From Bacteroides sp. (GTDB taxonomy: Bacteria > Bacteroidota > Bacteroidia > Bacteroidales > UBA7960), in NCBI GenBank assembly GCA_036351255.1, contig JAZBOS010000087.1, positions 25,490 through 89,489 of the forward strand: 64,000 nt of DNA, written 5' to 3'. Of this stretch, positions 1-9,290 are shown in pieces; the stretch's first letter is position 1, and every line of letters starts with the position of its first letter. The notes beneath the pieces were generated by a model that made no database searches, had not been told where the DNA came from, and saw nothing but the letters and a program-made list of their open reading frames with translations. A program made the position numbers and the translations under genes.

Positions 1-1694
1 ACACCAAAAAGGAAGCTAATGCTTTCCTGGAGCAATGCACCGATGCCACCTTTACGGTTGAACAAATCGAAACCAAGCCGGGCAAAAAATCGCCGGCACC
101 CCCGTTTACCACTTCGACGCTGCAGCAGGAGGCCAGCCGCAAGCTTGGCTTCTCGGTAGCCCGCACCATGACGGTGGCCCAGAAACTCTATGAGTCGGGG
201 AAGATCACCTATATGCGTACCGACTCGGTAAATCTTTCGGGTACCGCCATTGCCATGGCCAAAAAAGAAATAGAAAAGAACTTTGGGCCTGAATATATCA
301 AGGTCAGGAAGTATGCCACCAAAACCAAGGGTGCACAGGAAGCCCACGAAGCCATTCGCCCTGTGTATATGAACGTGATGAATGCAGGTGCCGACGCTTC
401 TGAGCAGCGCCTCTACGAGCTGATCTGGAAACGGACCCTGGCATCGCAAATGGCGGATGCCCTCCTGGAAAAGACCAATGTCACCATCGGGATATCGACT
501 AACAAAGAAAAGCTTGTTGCCACGGGCGAAGTGCTGAAGTTTGACGGTTTTCTGAAAGTGTACCTTGAGTCGACCGATGATGAGGACGAGGAAGCCGCAG
601 AAGGGATCCTGCCGCCCTTCAAAGTAGGGCAGCTCCTTCCCCTGATGGAAATGGATGCCACGGAACGCTTTACGAAATCACCGCCTCGCTATACGGAAGC
701 CAGCCTGGTAAAAAAACTGGAGGACCTGGGCATCGGGCGCCCATCGACTTATGCGCCCACCATCAGCACCATTCAAAAAAGGGAATATGTGGTGAAAGAA
801 AACCGGGATGGCGAAAAACGACCATACGATTACCTGCTGCTGAAAAAGGGCAAGATCACCGAAAGCATTAAAACAGAAGTCGTTGGGCAGGAGAAGAACA
901 AACTCTTCCCGACGGATATCGGAACCGTTGTGAACAGTTTCCTGCTGGAATATTTCAGGGATATCCTGGATTATAACTTCACGGCCAATGTGGAGAAAGA
1001 GTTTGATGAGATTGCCAGCGGACAAAAGGCCTGGAATCTTGTGATCAAAGAGTTTTACTGGCCCTTTCACAAGCAGGTAGAAGAGACTATGAAGACCTCG
1101 GAGAAGTTCAGCGGTGAGCGCCTGCTGGGCAAGGACCCCAAGACTGGAAGGAACGTTTATGCAAAGATCGGGCGGTTTGGACCGATGATCCAGATCGGGG
1201 ATGCCGAAGAGGAGGAGAAGCCGCAGTTTTCGAGTATGCGTAAAGACCAGGGACTTGAGACCATCACCCTGGAACAGGCCCTTGAACTGTTTAAGCTGCC
1301 TCGCACTGTTGGGGAATATGAAGGTAAGGAGATGGTGGCGTCTGCAGGCCGTTTCGGACCTTATATCCGCCACGATGGGCAGTTCGTTTCCATCCCCAAG
1401 GAGGAGGATCCGCTGACCATTGAAACCGGACGGGCCATTGAGCTTATCGAAGAGAAACGCGAAGCAGACCGTCAGAAAGTGATTAAGGAATTCCCTGAGA
1501 ACCCCGACATGAAGATCCTTAAAGGCCGATGGGGAGCTTATCTGTCGGCTGGCGGGAATAACTATAAACTTCCGAAAACCAAAAAGCCTGAAGAGTATTC
1601 AATGGAAGATTGCCTAAATATCATCAAAGAGGGAACCTCAACGAAAAAAACCCGTACAACCAAAAAAACGACAGCCCGAAAGAAGGGTAAATAA
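1..1694 (+). CDS. topA: DNA topoisomerase I, C-terminal portion (5' end lies upstream of the window)
   Basis: Frame 3 is open from nt 3 (TKKEANAFLEQC...PFTTSTLQQEASRKLGFS precedes the listed Met). Type IA topoisomerase motifs are present (ITYMRTDS, RPVY, PPRYTEASLVKKLE, GIGRPSTYA). Cys-less C-terminal repeats (GRFGPMIQ, GRFGPYIRH, GRWGAYLS) and a Lys-rich tail follow. Confidence 0.9.
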   Translation, partial: TKKEANAFLEQCTDATFTVEQIETKPGKKSPAPPFTTSTLQQEASRKLGFSVARTMTVAQKLYESGKITYMRTDSVNLSGTAIAMAKKEIEKNFGPEYIKVRKYATKTKGAQEAHEAIRPVYMNVMNAGADASEQRLYELIWKRTLASQMADALLEKTNVTIGISTNKEKLVATGEVLKFDGFLKVYLESTDDEDEEAAEGILPPFKVGQLLPLMEMDATERFTKSPPRYTEASLVKKLEDLGIGRPSTYAPTISTIQKREYVVKENRDGEKRPYDYLLLKKGKITESIKTEVVGQEKNKLFPTDIGTVVNSFLLEYFRDILDYNFTANVEKEFDEIASGQKAWNLVIKEFYWPFHKQVEETMKTSEKFSGERLLGKDPKTGRNVYAKIGRFGPMIQIGDAEEEEKPQFSSMRKDQGLETITLEQALELFKLPRTVGEYEGKEMVASAGRFGPYIRHDGQFVSIPKEEDPLTIETGRAIELIEEKREADRQKVIKEFPENPDMKILKGRWGAYLSAGGNNYKLPKTKKPEEYSMEDCLNIIKEGTSTKKTRTTKKTTARKKGK

Positions 1695-1704
1695 GAAGTG
1701 ATTT

Positions 1705-2901
1705 TTGGCACGTATGGAAATCGTTGATTTTTTTGAACCGCTTGACCTGAAGAAGCTGCAGGGCAACCATAAGCAGCATCCCCTGGCCCTTGGCCGTATC
1801 ATTAACAGTTATACCGCCGAAACCGGTTTTCCGGAGCTGGAAGGGGTTGACATTGCCATTCTGGGGGTAAAGGAAGACCGCAACGCCCTGAATAATGAAG
1901 GCTGCGGACTTGCCCCCGACTTTGTCCGCAAATATCTGTACCAGTTGTTTCAAGGGCCTTTTAAGGTAAAAATTGCCGACCTGGGAAACATCAGGGCTGG
2001 CGACCAGGTAAATGACACCTATTTTGCCGTTAAGACAACGGTGGCAGAACTGATTAGGAATAAGATCATCCCGGTCATTATCGGGGGGAGCCAGGACCTG
2101 ACCTATGCGAATTACATGGCTTATGAAGCCCTGGGACAAATCATCAATATCGTATCCGTTGATTCGACATTTGATTTGGGCCTGCGGCGCAATGAAGAAA
2201 TCAATCACCGGAATTTCCTGAGTACCATATTGACCCATCAGCCCAACTACCTGTTCAATTTTACGAACCTGGGCTACCAGACTTACCTGGTGGATCAGGA
2301 TGCCATCGAGTTGATGGAAAAATTGTATTTTGATGTTTACCGGCTGGGGGTGGTCAGGAAAGACCTGGAAGAAGTAGAGCCGGTAGTCAGGAGTGCTGAT
2401 ATGATCTCATTCGACATTTCGAGCATCCGGCAGTCGGATGCCCCGGGTAATGTCAACGTTTCTCCAAATGGATTTTATGGGGAAGAGGCCTGCCAGATCG
2501 TTCGCTATGCAGGATTGAGCGACAAGCTTTCTTCCATCGGTTTTTACGAGATCAATCCTGCTTTTGACCATGGGGAGCAGACCGCCCACCTGGTAGCCCA
2601 GATGATCTGGTATTTCTTTGATGGCTATTATCACCGGAAAAACGACATGCCCGACCGTCAGCGCAAAGACTCGGGCGAATATATAAAGTATGTGGTATCG
2701 CTAAAGGAATTCAAAAACGAGATCATATTTTATAAAAGCAAGAAAAGTGACCGGTGGTGGATGGAAGTCCCTTGCCCTGTGGGGTTGCAGTTAAAATACG
2801 AAAGACAATTCCTTGTACCTTGTTCCTACAGGGAGTATCAGGCGGCGTGCCAGGATGAAATTCCCGAGAAGTGGTTGCAGGTGTACCAAAAATTTCTTTA
2901 A
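1705..2901 (+). CDS. Arginase/formimidoylglutamase-fold protein with divergent metal-site motifs and a C-terminal extension
   Basis: Ureohydrolase-like layout: DIAILGVKEDRN..., IIGGSQDLTY, VSVDSTFDLG, ISFDISSIRQSDAPG...SPNGF. It starts 10 nt after the topA stop. Confidence 0.6.
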   Translation: MARMEIVDFFEPLDLKKLQGNHKQHPLALGRIINSYTAETGFPELEGVDIAILGVKEDRNALNNEGCGLAPDFVRKYLYQLFQGPFKVKIADLGNIRAGDQVNDTYFAVKTTVAELIRNKIIPVIIGGSQDLTYANYMAYEALGQIINIVSVDSTFDLGLRRNEEINHRNFLSTILTHQPNYLFNFTNLGYQTYLVDQDAIELMEKLYFDVYRLGVVRKDLEEVEPVVRSADMISFDISSIRQSDAPGNVNVSPNGFYGEEACQIVRYAGLSDKLSSIGFYEINPAFDHGEQTAHLVAQMIWYFFDGYYHRKNDMPDRQRKDSGEYIKYVVSLKEFKNEIIFYKSKKSDRWWMEVPCPVGLQLKYERQFLVPCSYREYQAACQDEIPEKWLQVYQKFL

Positions 2902-3279
2902 AAGGTAAGTTTTCTGAAAATAAAAGGTCAAAAATTAAGTATCTTTACGCCTTTTAATAGAACAAAACCACGTTACCGGTGATATTATCAAAAAAATCCA
3001 AAGAATTCCCTTGCAATAACCACGTATTATTACGGATAAAATTCATTGCTAGTCCTAATATTTTTGTTTGGTTGATTTTTGGCTCTGACAGATTTTAAGC
3101 CAGTAAGCTCTTTGACATGTTGATTCTGAAAAATTTCACTACGGTCCTGTACGAAGAAAATTCATGTTACTTTTAATTTTCATGGAAAACAGGCAATGAA
3201 GTGGTTTCAAATTTTCAGCTTTTTATCAATAATCCCTTTATTTTTGCGTTACAAAAATAATAAGGAGAAAACACCGACC

Positions 3280-4233
3280 ATGAGATTTTGGGGTCTAGCC
3301 GTAATTGTTATCAGCATCCTGTACAGTCCGGCGGTTTTTGCACAGCAAGAACCCCAGTTTAGCCACAACATGTTTAACAACATGGGCATCAACCCGGGTT
3401 ATGCGGGATTGCGCGGCGCCATATGCGCCACAGGCCTGGCAAGGCAACAATGGTTAGGGTTTAACGATGCTGAAGAGAACCGCCTCAACCCTGAGACCTA
3501 CCTGCTGAATGTGGATGCCCCCCTTCCATTTTTAAAGGGAGGATTGGCGCTGGGTTTTATGCAGGACAAACTGGGATATGAAAACAGCGTGGGAGTCAAG
3601 ATCTCTTATGCATACCATATTAAGATGTATGGCGGCAAACTGGGCATCGGAGCACAGTTAGGATTTTTGGACAAGCGCATTGATTTCAGCCAGTTTACCC
3701 CCATCTCGGAAGGAGACCCTGTTTTGACAGGCAGCGCTGAAGAGACGCATATGTTCACCGACTTTTCACTGGGCGCTTTCTTCCTTACCAACCAACGTTC
3801 GTGGGCCGGCCTTTCCTTCACCCAGTTAAGGCAAGCCAAAGGACAGATCGGGGAAAGCAACCATATACTGAAGCGCCATGCTTACCTGACAGGTGGTTAT
3901 AACATGACACTTCCCAACAATCCGAGTTTTGAGCTGACCCCTTCCTTGCTGGTAAAAACAGACCTTGCATCGGTGCAATTGGACATAAACGCCATGGTCA
4001 CATACAATAAAAGGTTTTGGGGTGGCGTTAGTTACAGGCTGCAAGATGCCGTAGTGTTTCTTTTCGGACTCAATATCGAGCAGATCAGCGTGGGGTATTC
4101 CTACGACTTTACGACCTCCCCCCTGGGAAGAAGAGGCCGCAGTTTTGGAAGCCACGAAATCATGCTCCAGTATTGCTTCGACCTGGATCTGGATAAAATC
4201 AGGGAAATACAAAGAAATGTACGTTTTCTCTGA
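3280..4233 (+). CDS. porP: Type IX secretion system membrane protein, PorP/SprF family
   Basis: Signal peptide MRFWGLAVIVISILYSPAVFAQQ is followed by PQFSHNMFNNMGINPGYAG, the family's N-terminal signature, and the rest is beta-barrel-like. I prefer the ATG at 3280 to the upstream 3196 start because it yields a canonical signal peptide. Confidence 0.85.
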   Translation: MRFWGLAVIVISILYSPAVFAQQEPQFSHNMFNNMGINPGYAGLRGAICATGLARQQWLGFNDAEENRLNPETYLLNVDAPLPFLKGGLALGFMQDKLGYENSVGVKISYAYHIKMYGGKLGIGAQLGFLDKRIDFSQFTPISEGDPVLTGSAEETHMFTDFSLGAFFLTNQRSWAGLSFTQLRQAKGQIGESNHILKRHAYLTGGYNMTLPNNPSFELTPSLLVKTDLASVQLDINAMVTYNKRFWGGVSYRLQDAVVFLFGLNIEQISVGYSYDFTTSPLGRRGRSFGSHEIMLQYCFDLDLDKIREIQRNVRFL

Positions 4234-4310
4234 GAGCCTTTCAGAAACAAAAAAAGCATTTAAACCAATAGATCAACATAATAAAAGTGGTCAATTAACT
4301 TGAAGTTACC

Positions 4311-5609
4311 ATGAAAAAACTGATTTTTATTGCTGTGGCGACGGTTCTTTTTGCCAGCTGTGATCAATCAAGTCGCGGACACCTCACCGGGGTGCTTGAC
4401 CGACCGGATTCATATTACGCCGATCCTCCCGGGATGGTATTTGTCCCTATGGGCAGTTTCATTATGGGGCCCTCGGATGAGGATGTAGCTTATTCGCACA
4501 ACGCCATCTCAAAAACCATCTCCATGCCTGCATTTTACATGGATGAGACAGAGATCACCAATAACCAGTACCGTCAATTTGTGTTCTGGGTGCGTGACTC
4601 GCTCGCTCACAACCTGCTGGCAGCGTTGGACGAAAGCCACCTTATAGAGGAAGATGATTTTGGCAATTTGCTGGATCCTCCCCTGGTAAACTGGGAAACC
4701 CGGATCCGCTGGGATGGTGAAGAAGAGCGTGAAGTGCTGGCCGAACTCTATCTGCCCGAGCATGAGCGTTTTTTCAACCGCCGCGAAATCGACTCCCGTA
4801 AATTGATCTATCGGTATTATACAATCGACCTGACCAGGGCAGCCCGACGTTCGGAGCGAAACACACCCCGCAGCGAGTTAGTTTACGAATACCAGACACC
4901 GGTATATCCTGACACGCTGGCCTGGATCCACGACTTTACCTATTCGTATAACGAGCCCATGACGGAAAAATATTTCTGGCATCCCACCTATGATCACTAC
5001 CCGGTGGTTGGAGTAAACTGGCTGCAAGCCCGTGCTTTCACCATCTGGAGGACCCAGTACCTGAACAGTTACCTGGCCAGCCGTGAACGTCCCTTTGCCA
5101 TGGAGTTCTCGCTGCCCTCAGAAGCTCAATGGGAATATGCCGCCAGGGGTGGACTCGACCTAAACCCTTATCCGTGGGGAGGCCCTTACATCCGCAATCA
5201 GGACGGTTGCTTCCTGGCCAATTTCAAACCGCTCAGGGGTAACTACATTGACGATGGAGGCTATCAGACCGTTATCGTGGGTCACTATCCTCCCAATGAC
5301 TTTGGCCTGTATGACATGTCGGGTAACGTGGCCGAATGGACCCGTAACGCTTATGATGAATCGTTTTATGTGTTTGGTCATGACATGAACCCCGACTACC
5401 AATACGAAGCCAAGCCCGATGATCCTGAAACGATGAAGCGCAAGGTGGTCCGCGGTGGTTCGTGGAAAGATGTCGGATACTTCCTCCAGGTAAGCACCCG
5501 TGCATACGAATACCAGGATACGGCGAAGTCATACATCGGTTTCCGTTGCATCCAGACTTATCCCGGACGTGACCGTAACGATGGGCGCGGAGCCTCCAAT
5601 GTGTACTAA
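4311..5609 (+). CDS. gldK: Gliding motility/T9SS lipoprotein GldK (PorK), FGE-sulfatase fold
   Basis: Lipoprotein signal MKKLIFIAVATVLFASC. SUMF1/FGE-like motifs are present (MVFVPMGSFIMG, YMDETEITNNQYRQF, PVVGVNW, RGGSWKD). It sits directly before gldL/M/N. Confidence 0.9.
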   Translation: MKKLIFIAVATVLFASCDQSSRGHLTGVLDRPDSYYADPPGMVFVPMGSFIMGPSDEDVAYSHNAISKTISMPAFYMDETEITNNQYRQFVFWVRDSLAHNLLAALDESHLIEEDDFGNLLDPPLVNWETRIRWDGEEEREVLAELYLPEHERFFNRREIDSRKLIYRYYTIDLTRAARRSERNTPRSELVYEYQTPVYPDTLAWIHDFTYSYNEPMTEKYFWHPTYDHYPVVGVNWLQARAFTIWRTQYLNSYLASRERPFAMEFSLPSEAQWEYAARGGLDLNPYPWGGPYIRNQDGCFLANFKPLRGNYIDDGGYQTVIVGHYPPNDFGLYDMSGNVAEWTRNAYDESFYVFGHDMNPDYQYEAKPDDPETMKRKVVRGGSWKDVGYFLQVSTRAYEYQDTAKSYIGFRCIQTYPGRDRNDGRGASNVY

Positions 5610-5672
5610 AATTCATTAAACCTTTTGTAAATCCATTTCTGTTCATTTATTAACCCTTTCAGAAAAAGCCTT

Positions 5673-6707
5673 ATGAAATTCGTAAAAACCAAAGCATGGA
5701 AAGTCTTCATGTCCAGACTATATGGATGGGGCGCCTCAATTGTTATTCTTGGTGCGTTATTTAAAATTCAGCACTATCCTTTTGCCGGCGCTATGTTGAT
5801 AGTAGGTATGGTAACTGAGGCCATTGTATTCTTCTTCTCCGCATTCGAGCCTATCCATGAAGAGCCCGACTGGAGCCTGGTGTATCCGGAACTTGCCGGC
5901 CTTGAAGATGTAGAACCCCGCAAGCAGAATGGCCACAGGCTGGTATCCCAGAATGTGACCCTGTCGAATACACTTGACAAATTGCTGGAAGACGCCAAAA
6001 TCGGGCCTGAACTCATCGGCAACTTAAGCAAGGGGCTGCAGAACCTGAGTGATAATGCCGCTAAAATGGCTGATCTTTCCAATGCTGCCGTGGTAACCAA
6101 TGGCTACATCCAGAATGTTGAGACAGCTTCAAGGTCTGTTGTGGAACTTAGCCAGTCCTATAAAAATGCGGCTGAATTCCTGAAGCATGATCTTAGCCTC
6201 TCGCAAGAATACGGCAACAGCCTCAAGAGTGCTGTAAGCTCAATGAATCAGTTGAGCGAAACGTATCAGAAGACTGCTACGACAGCCAAGGAAAGCCTGG
6301 ACGTATCGTCTCAATTTAACAATAGCATTAAGAATGTTACCACATACACCGATCAGCTTGGGGAAAGTTACAGCAAGAATGCTGCCTTGCTGACCAAGGC
6401 TGTTGAGGCACTGGAAGGCAATGCCAACAGTGGGAAGACCTACAGTGAGCAACTTCAGAAAACTGCCAACAACCTGATGGCCCTGAATACTGCCTATGAG
6501 TTGCAGTTGCAGGCTGCCGGAAACCAGTCAGAATCCAGTGAGAAACTGCAGAAAGCTGTGGGCTCGCTCGTTGACAACATCAACGAATCGCTGACCAACA
6601 CCAAGCAGTATAAGGAGGAAATTGAAAAGCTGAATGCTAACATTCGCGCTCTTAACAGCGTGTATGGCAACATGCTTTCAGCCATGAATTTCAATACCCC
6701 TCGCTAA
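5673..6707 (+). CDS. gldL: Gliding motility/T9SS protein GldL (PorL)
   Basis: Two N-terminal TM helices carry the family signature YGWGASIVILGALFKIQHYPFAG...EAIVFFFSAFEP...EPDWSLVYPEL. A long Ser/Asn/Gln-rich helical cytoplasmic tail ends in NSVYGNMLSAM. Confidence 0.85.
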   Translation: MKFVKTKAWKVFMSRLYGWGASIVILGALFKIQHYPFAGAMLIVGMVTEAIVFFFSAFEPIHEEPDWSLVYPELAGLEDVEPRKQNGHRLVSQNVTLSNTLDKLLEDAKIGPELIGNLSKGLQNLSDNAAKMADLSNAAVVTNGYIQNVETASRSVVELSQSYKNAAEFLKHDLSLSQEYGNSLKSAVSSMNQLSETYQKTATTAKESLDVSSQFNNSIKNVTTYTDQLGESYSKNAALLTKAVEALEGNANSGKTYSEQLQKTANNLMALNTAYELQLQAAGNQSESSEKLQKAVGSLVDNINESLTNTKQYKEEIEKLNANIRALNSVYGNMLSAMNFNTPR

Positions 6708-6755
6708 GGATAAAACATTTGTTAAAGGTTATCTTACAAAGAAAGGATATAAATT

Positions 6756-8348
6756 ATGGCAGCAGGTAAGCTAACACCCAGGCAAAGGATGATCAACCTT
6801 ATGTACCTGGTCTTCCTGGCCCTGATGGCGCTCAACGTCTCGGTTGAGGTGCTGGACTCCTTCCCCCTGATTAACAAGGGGATCGAGCAAACTAACACCA
6901 ACCTCGACCAGAAGATCCAGACCGTCATGAGTGACTTTGATCAGCAAAAAGCCATTAGTGCCGAAAAGGTCCAGCCTTATTATGATCAAGCACAGGAAGT
7001 CAGACAACTTTCCAATGAGCTGATCGAATACATCTCTGAAAGCAGGGCCTCTATGATCTCTGTCGTGGATGGCATTCCCCTTGAGCAAGCAGCGAATTTA
7101 AATTTGCTTGACCTGAGTAATAAGGATAATTACAGCGTATCATCCAGGTTCTGGCTCCAGGATAACAACCAGGATCCCTTGCAACCGGGCGGCCGGGGCA
7201 CCCGTGCGTATGAACTTCACCAGAAACTGCTGGACTTCAGGACCGCGCTCGAAGGCATACTTGAAGAACATGAACTTCAGGATGCCGTCAACCTCGGGCT
7301 TGATCTGGAAGGGCCTTATTATCTTCCCAACAGTTCGGTAGAGATTAATTGGCAGCAGCATATGTTTGACAGAGTAATCCCCGTTGCTGTGGCCACCAAC
7401 CTCACCCGTATCGTCACAGAAGTCCGCAATGCTGAATTTGACGTGGTGAACACCTTGTATGGTTCCATTTCGGCCGATGACTTTAAGTTTGACAATATTG
7501 CAGCCAGGGTTGTTCCCAACAGCCAGATCGTTCTGGCAGGCGAAAGCTATGAGGCTGACATCTTCGTGGCTGCTTACGACTCAAAACAGCAGCCTGAAAT
7601 TATTGTGAACGGCCAGCGTATTCCGGCTGAAGGTGGTGTGGGTAAACTCCGCATCCCTGCTTCAGGAACGGGATCGAGGTCCTTCAGCGGGGTGATCAGG
7701 GTAACCAACCCTGCCGGTATCCCGCAGGAGTATCCCTTCCAGAGCAGTTTCATGGTTCAGCAGCCTTCGGTAACGGTTTCTGCTGATAAGATGAATCTGT
7801 TTTACATTGGGGTAGAAAACCCGGTATCTATTTCAGTTCCCGGTGTTCCCACTGAGAACATTCGTCCTTCCATTTCTTCGGGAGCAACACTCACCCCAAG
7901 AGGTGGCACCGGATATACTGTCAGAGTCAGCCCCGGCACGACTGAAGTGCGCATTACGGTTAATGCTGTGGTTGAAGGCAGCAGCCGTAGCATGGGTACC
8001 TCGGTATTCAGAGTCAGAAACGTTCCCGACCCGGTTGCATACATTGCCGGTCGTCGCGAAGGTCGTATATCACGCGAAGAACTTGCTTTGGCAGGAGCTA
8101 TTATCCCACGCCTGGAGAACTTCGAATTCGACATGAACTTCGAAATCGCCAACTTCACCATGGCAACACAAATTGCAGGTGACTTCAGGACTTTCCAGGG
8201 CGCAGGAAACCGCTTCACACAGGAAATGATGCAGGTCATTAACAACGCTTCCCGTGGACAACGTGTGATCTTTGAAAACATCACAACCCGGCCAGGTCCT
8301 GATGGAAGAACCAGGACCCTGTCGCCCATAACTTTTACAATTAACTAA
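6756..8348 (+). CDS. gldM: Gliding motility/T9SS protein GldM (PorM)
   Basis: N-terminus KLTPRQRMINLMYLVFLALMALNVS is typical of GldM. A single TM helix precedes a long periplasmic region. Operon position is between gldL and gldN. Confidence 0.9.
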   Translation: MAAGKLTPRQRMINLMYLVFLALMALNVSVEVLDSFPLINKGIEQTNTNLDQKIQTVMSDFDQQKAISAEKVQPYYDQAQEVRQLSNELIEYISESRASMISVVDGIPLEQAANLNLLDLSNKDNYSVSSRFWLQDNNQDPLQPGGRGTRAYELHQKLLDFRTALEGILEEHELQDAVNLGLDLEGPYYLPNSSVEINWQQHMFDRVIPVAVATNLTRIVTEVRNAEFDVVNTLYGSISADDFKFDNIAARVVPNSQIVLAGESYEADIFVAAYDSKQQPEIIVNGQRIPAEGGVGKLRIPASGTGSRSFSGVIRVTNPAGIPQEYPFQSSFMVQQPSVTVSADKMNLFYIGVENPVSISVPGVPTENIRPSISSGATLTPRGGTGYTVRVSPGTTEVRITVNAVVEGSSRSMGTSVFRVRNVPDPVAYIAGRREGRISREELALAGAIIPRLENFEFDMNFEIANFTMATQIAGDFRTFQGAGNRFTQEMMQVINNASRGQRVIFENITTRPGPDGRTRTLSPITFTIN

Positions 8349-8379
8349 TACCAGATTAAAATATTTGGAGGTTATTCCT

Positions 8380-9225
8380 ATGGCTAAAAATGCAATAGTA
8401 ATCACGATGCTGGGACTCTTATTCTCCCTGCAATCCATTGCCCAGGTTATTGAAACAACGCGCGACGGCTTCTATGACAAGGTAATGATAGAAGAAAAAG
8501 AACCCGCCGCCTTACCCTACGTTAGGGAAGCCGATGTATTCATGGCAAAAAGGGTATGGCAGGTCATTGATATGAGAGAGAAAATGAACCAGCCCCTGTA
8601 TTTCCCCATCACACCCACCAACAGCCGCCGCAGTCTTATGCAGGTATTGGTCGATGGAATCAGGGAGGGATCCATAACCGCCTATAGTGTGGATAATGAT
8701 GAGTTTACCATCCCCATGACGCCAGAACAACTGTTCTCGCAGCTTGAGCGGACACAGACCATTACCATGCAGCGGCCAGAACCTCCGTACCTGGAATTTG
8801 ACACCACATTTAGTATTCCTTTTAATCCGGCTGACGTAATACGATTCAGGATCAAAGAAGAATGGTTCTTTGACAGCAAACGTTCTGTCCTTGATGTCAG
8901 GGTTCTTGGGATTTGCCCCGTTAGGGACAACATTGATCCCCTCACCGGCGAATCCCGTGGAGATGAACCCCTGTTCTGGGTCTATTATCCGGACGCCAGG
9001 AAAACCCTTGCGAATTCCGAGGTGTTTAACCGTCACAATGATGCACAGCGCATGTCCTACGATGATATGTTCCTGCGCAGATTCTTCAGTAGTTATGTAT
9101 ACAAGGAGTCGAATGTTCATGACCGCCGTATACAGGAATACTATTCAGGCCTGGATGCCCTGCTCGAATCAGAAAGGGTGAAAGAAGCCATACGTAATTT
9201 CGAACACGACCTATGGGAATATTAG
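8380..9225 (+). CDS. gldN: Gliding motility/T9SS protein GldN (PorN)
   Basis: Signal peptide MAKNAIVITMLGLLFSLQSIAQ. Conserved GldN-like segments are present (RVWQVIDMREKMNQPLYFP, FRIKEEWFFDSKRS). It is the last gene of the gldKLMN block. The ATG at 8380 has GGAGG 8 nt upstream, and the TTG at 8365 is an alternative start. Confidence 0.85.
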   Translation: MAKNAIVITMLGLLFSLQSIAQVIETTRDGFYDKVMIEEKEPAALPYVREADVFMAKRVWQVIDMREKMNQPLYFPITPTNSRRSLMQVLVDGIREGSITAYSVDNDEFTIPMTPEQLFSQLERTQTITMQRPEPPYLEFDTTFSIPFNPADVIRFRIKEEWFFDSKRSVLDVRVLGICPVRDNIDPLTGESRGDEPLFWVYYPDARKTLANSEVFNRHNDAQRMSYDDMFLRRFFSSYVYKESNVHDRRIQEYYSGLDALLESERVKEAIRNFEHDLWEY

Positions 9226-9242
9226 TATTGCCCGGTATAATC

Positions 9243-9285
9243 AAAAAAGCTGCCACCTGAAGGTGAGCAGCTTTTTTGTTTTTTA
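9243..9285. terminator. Bidirectional rho-independent terminator between gldN (+) and fumC (-)
   Basis: AAAAAAGCTGCCACC-TGAA-GGTGAGCAGCTTTTTTGTTTTTT: a GC-rich stem flanked by an A-run and a T-run, between convergent genes. Confidence 0.6.
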
Positions 9286-9290
9286 AGGAA

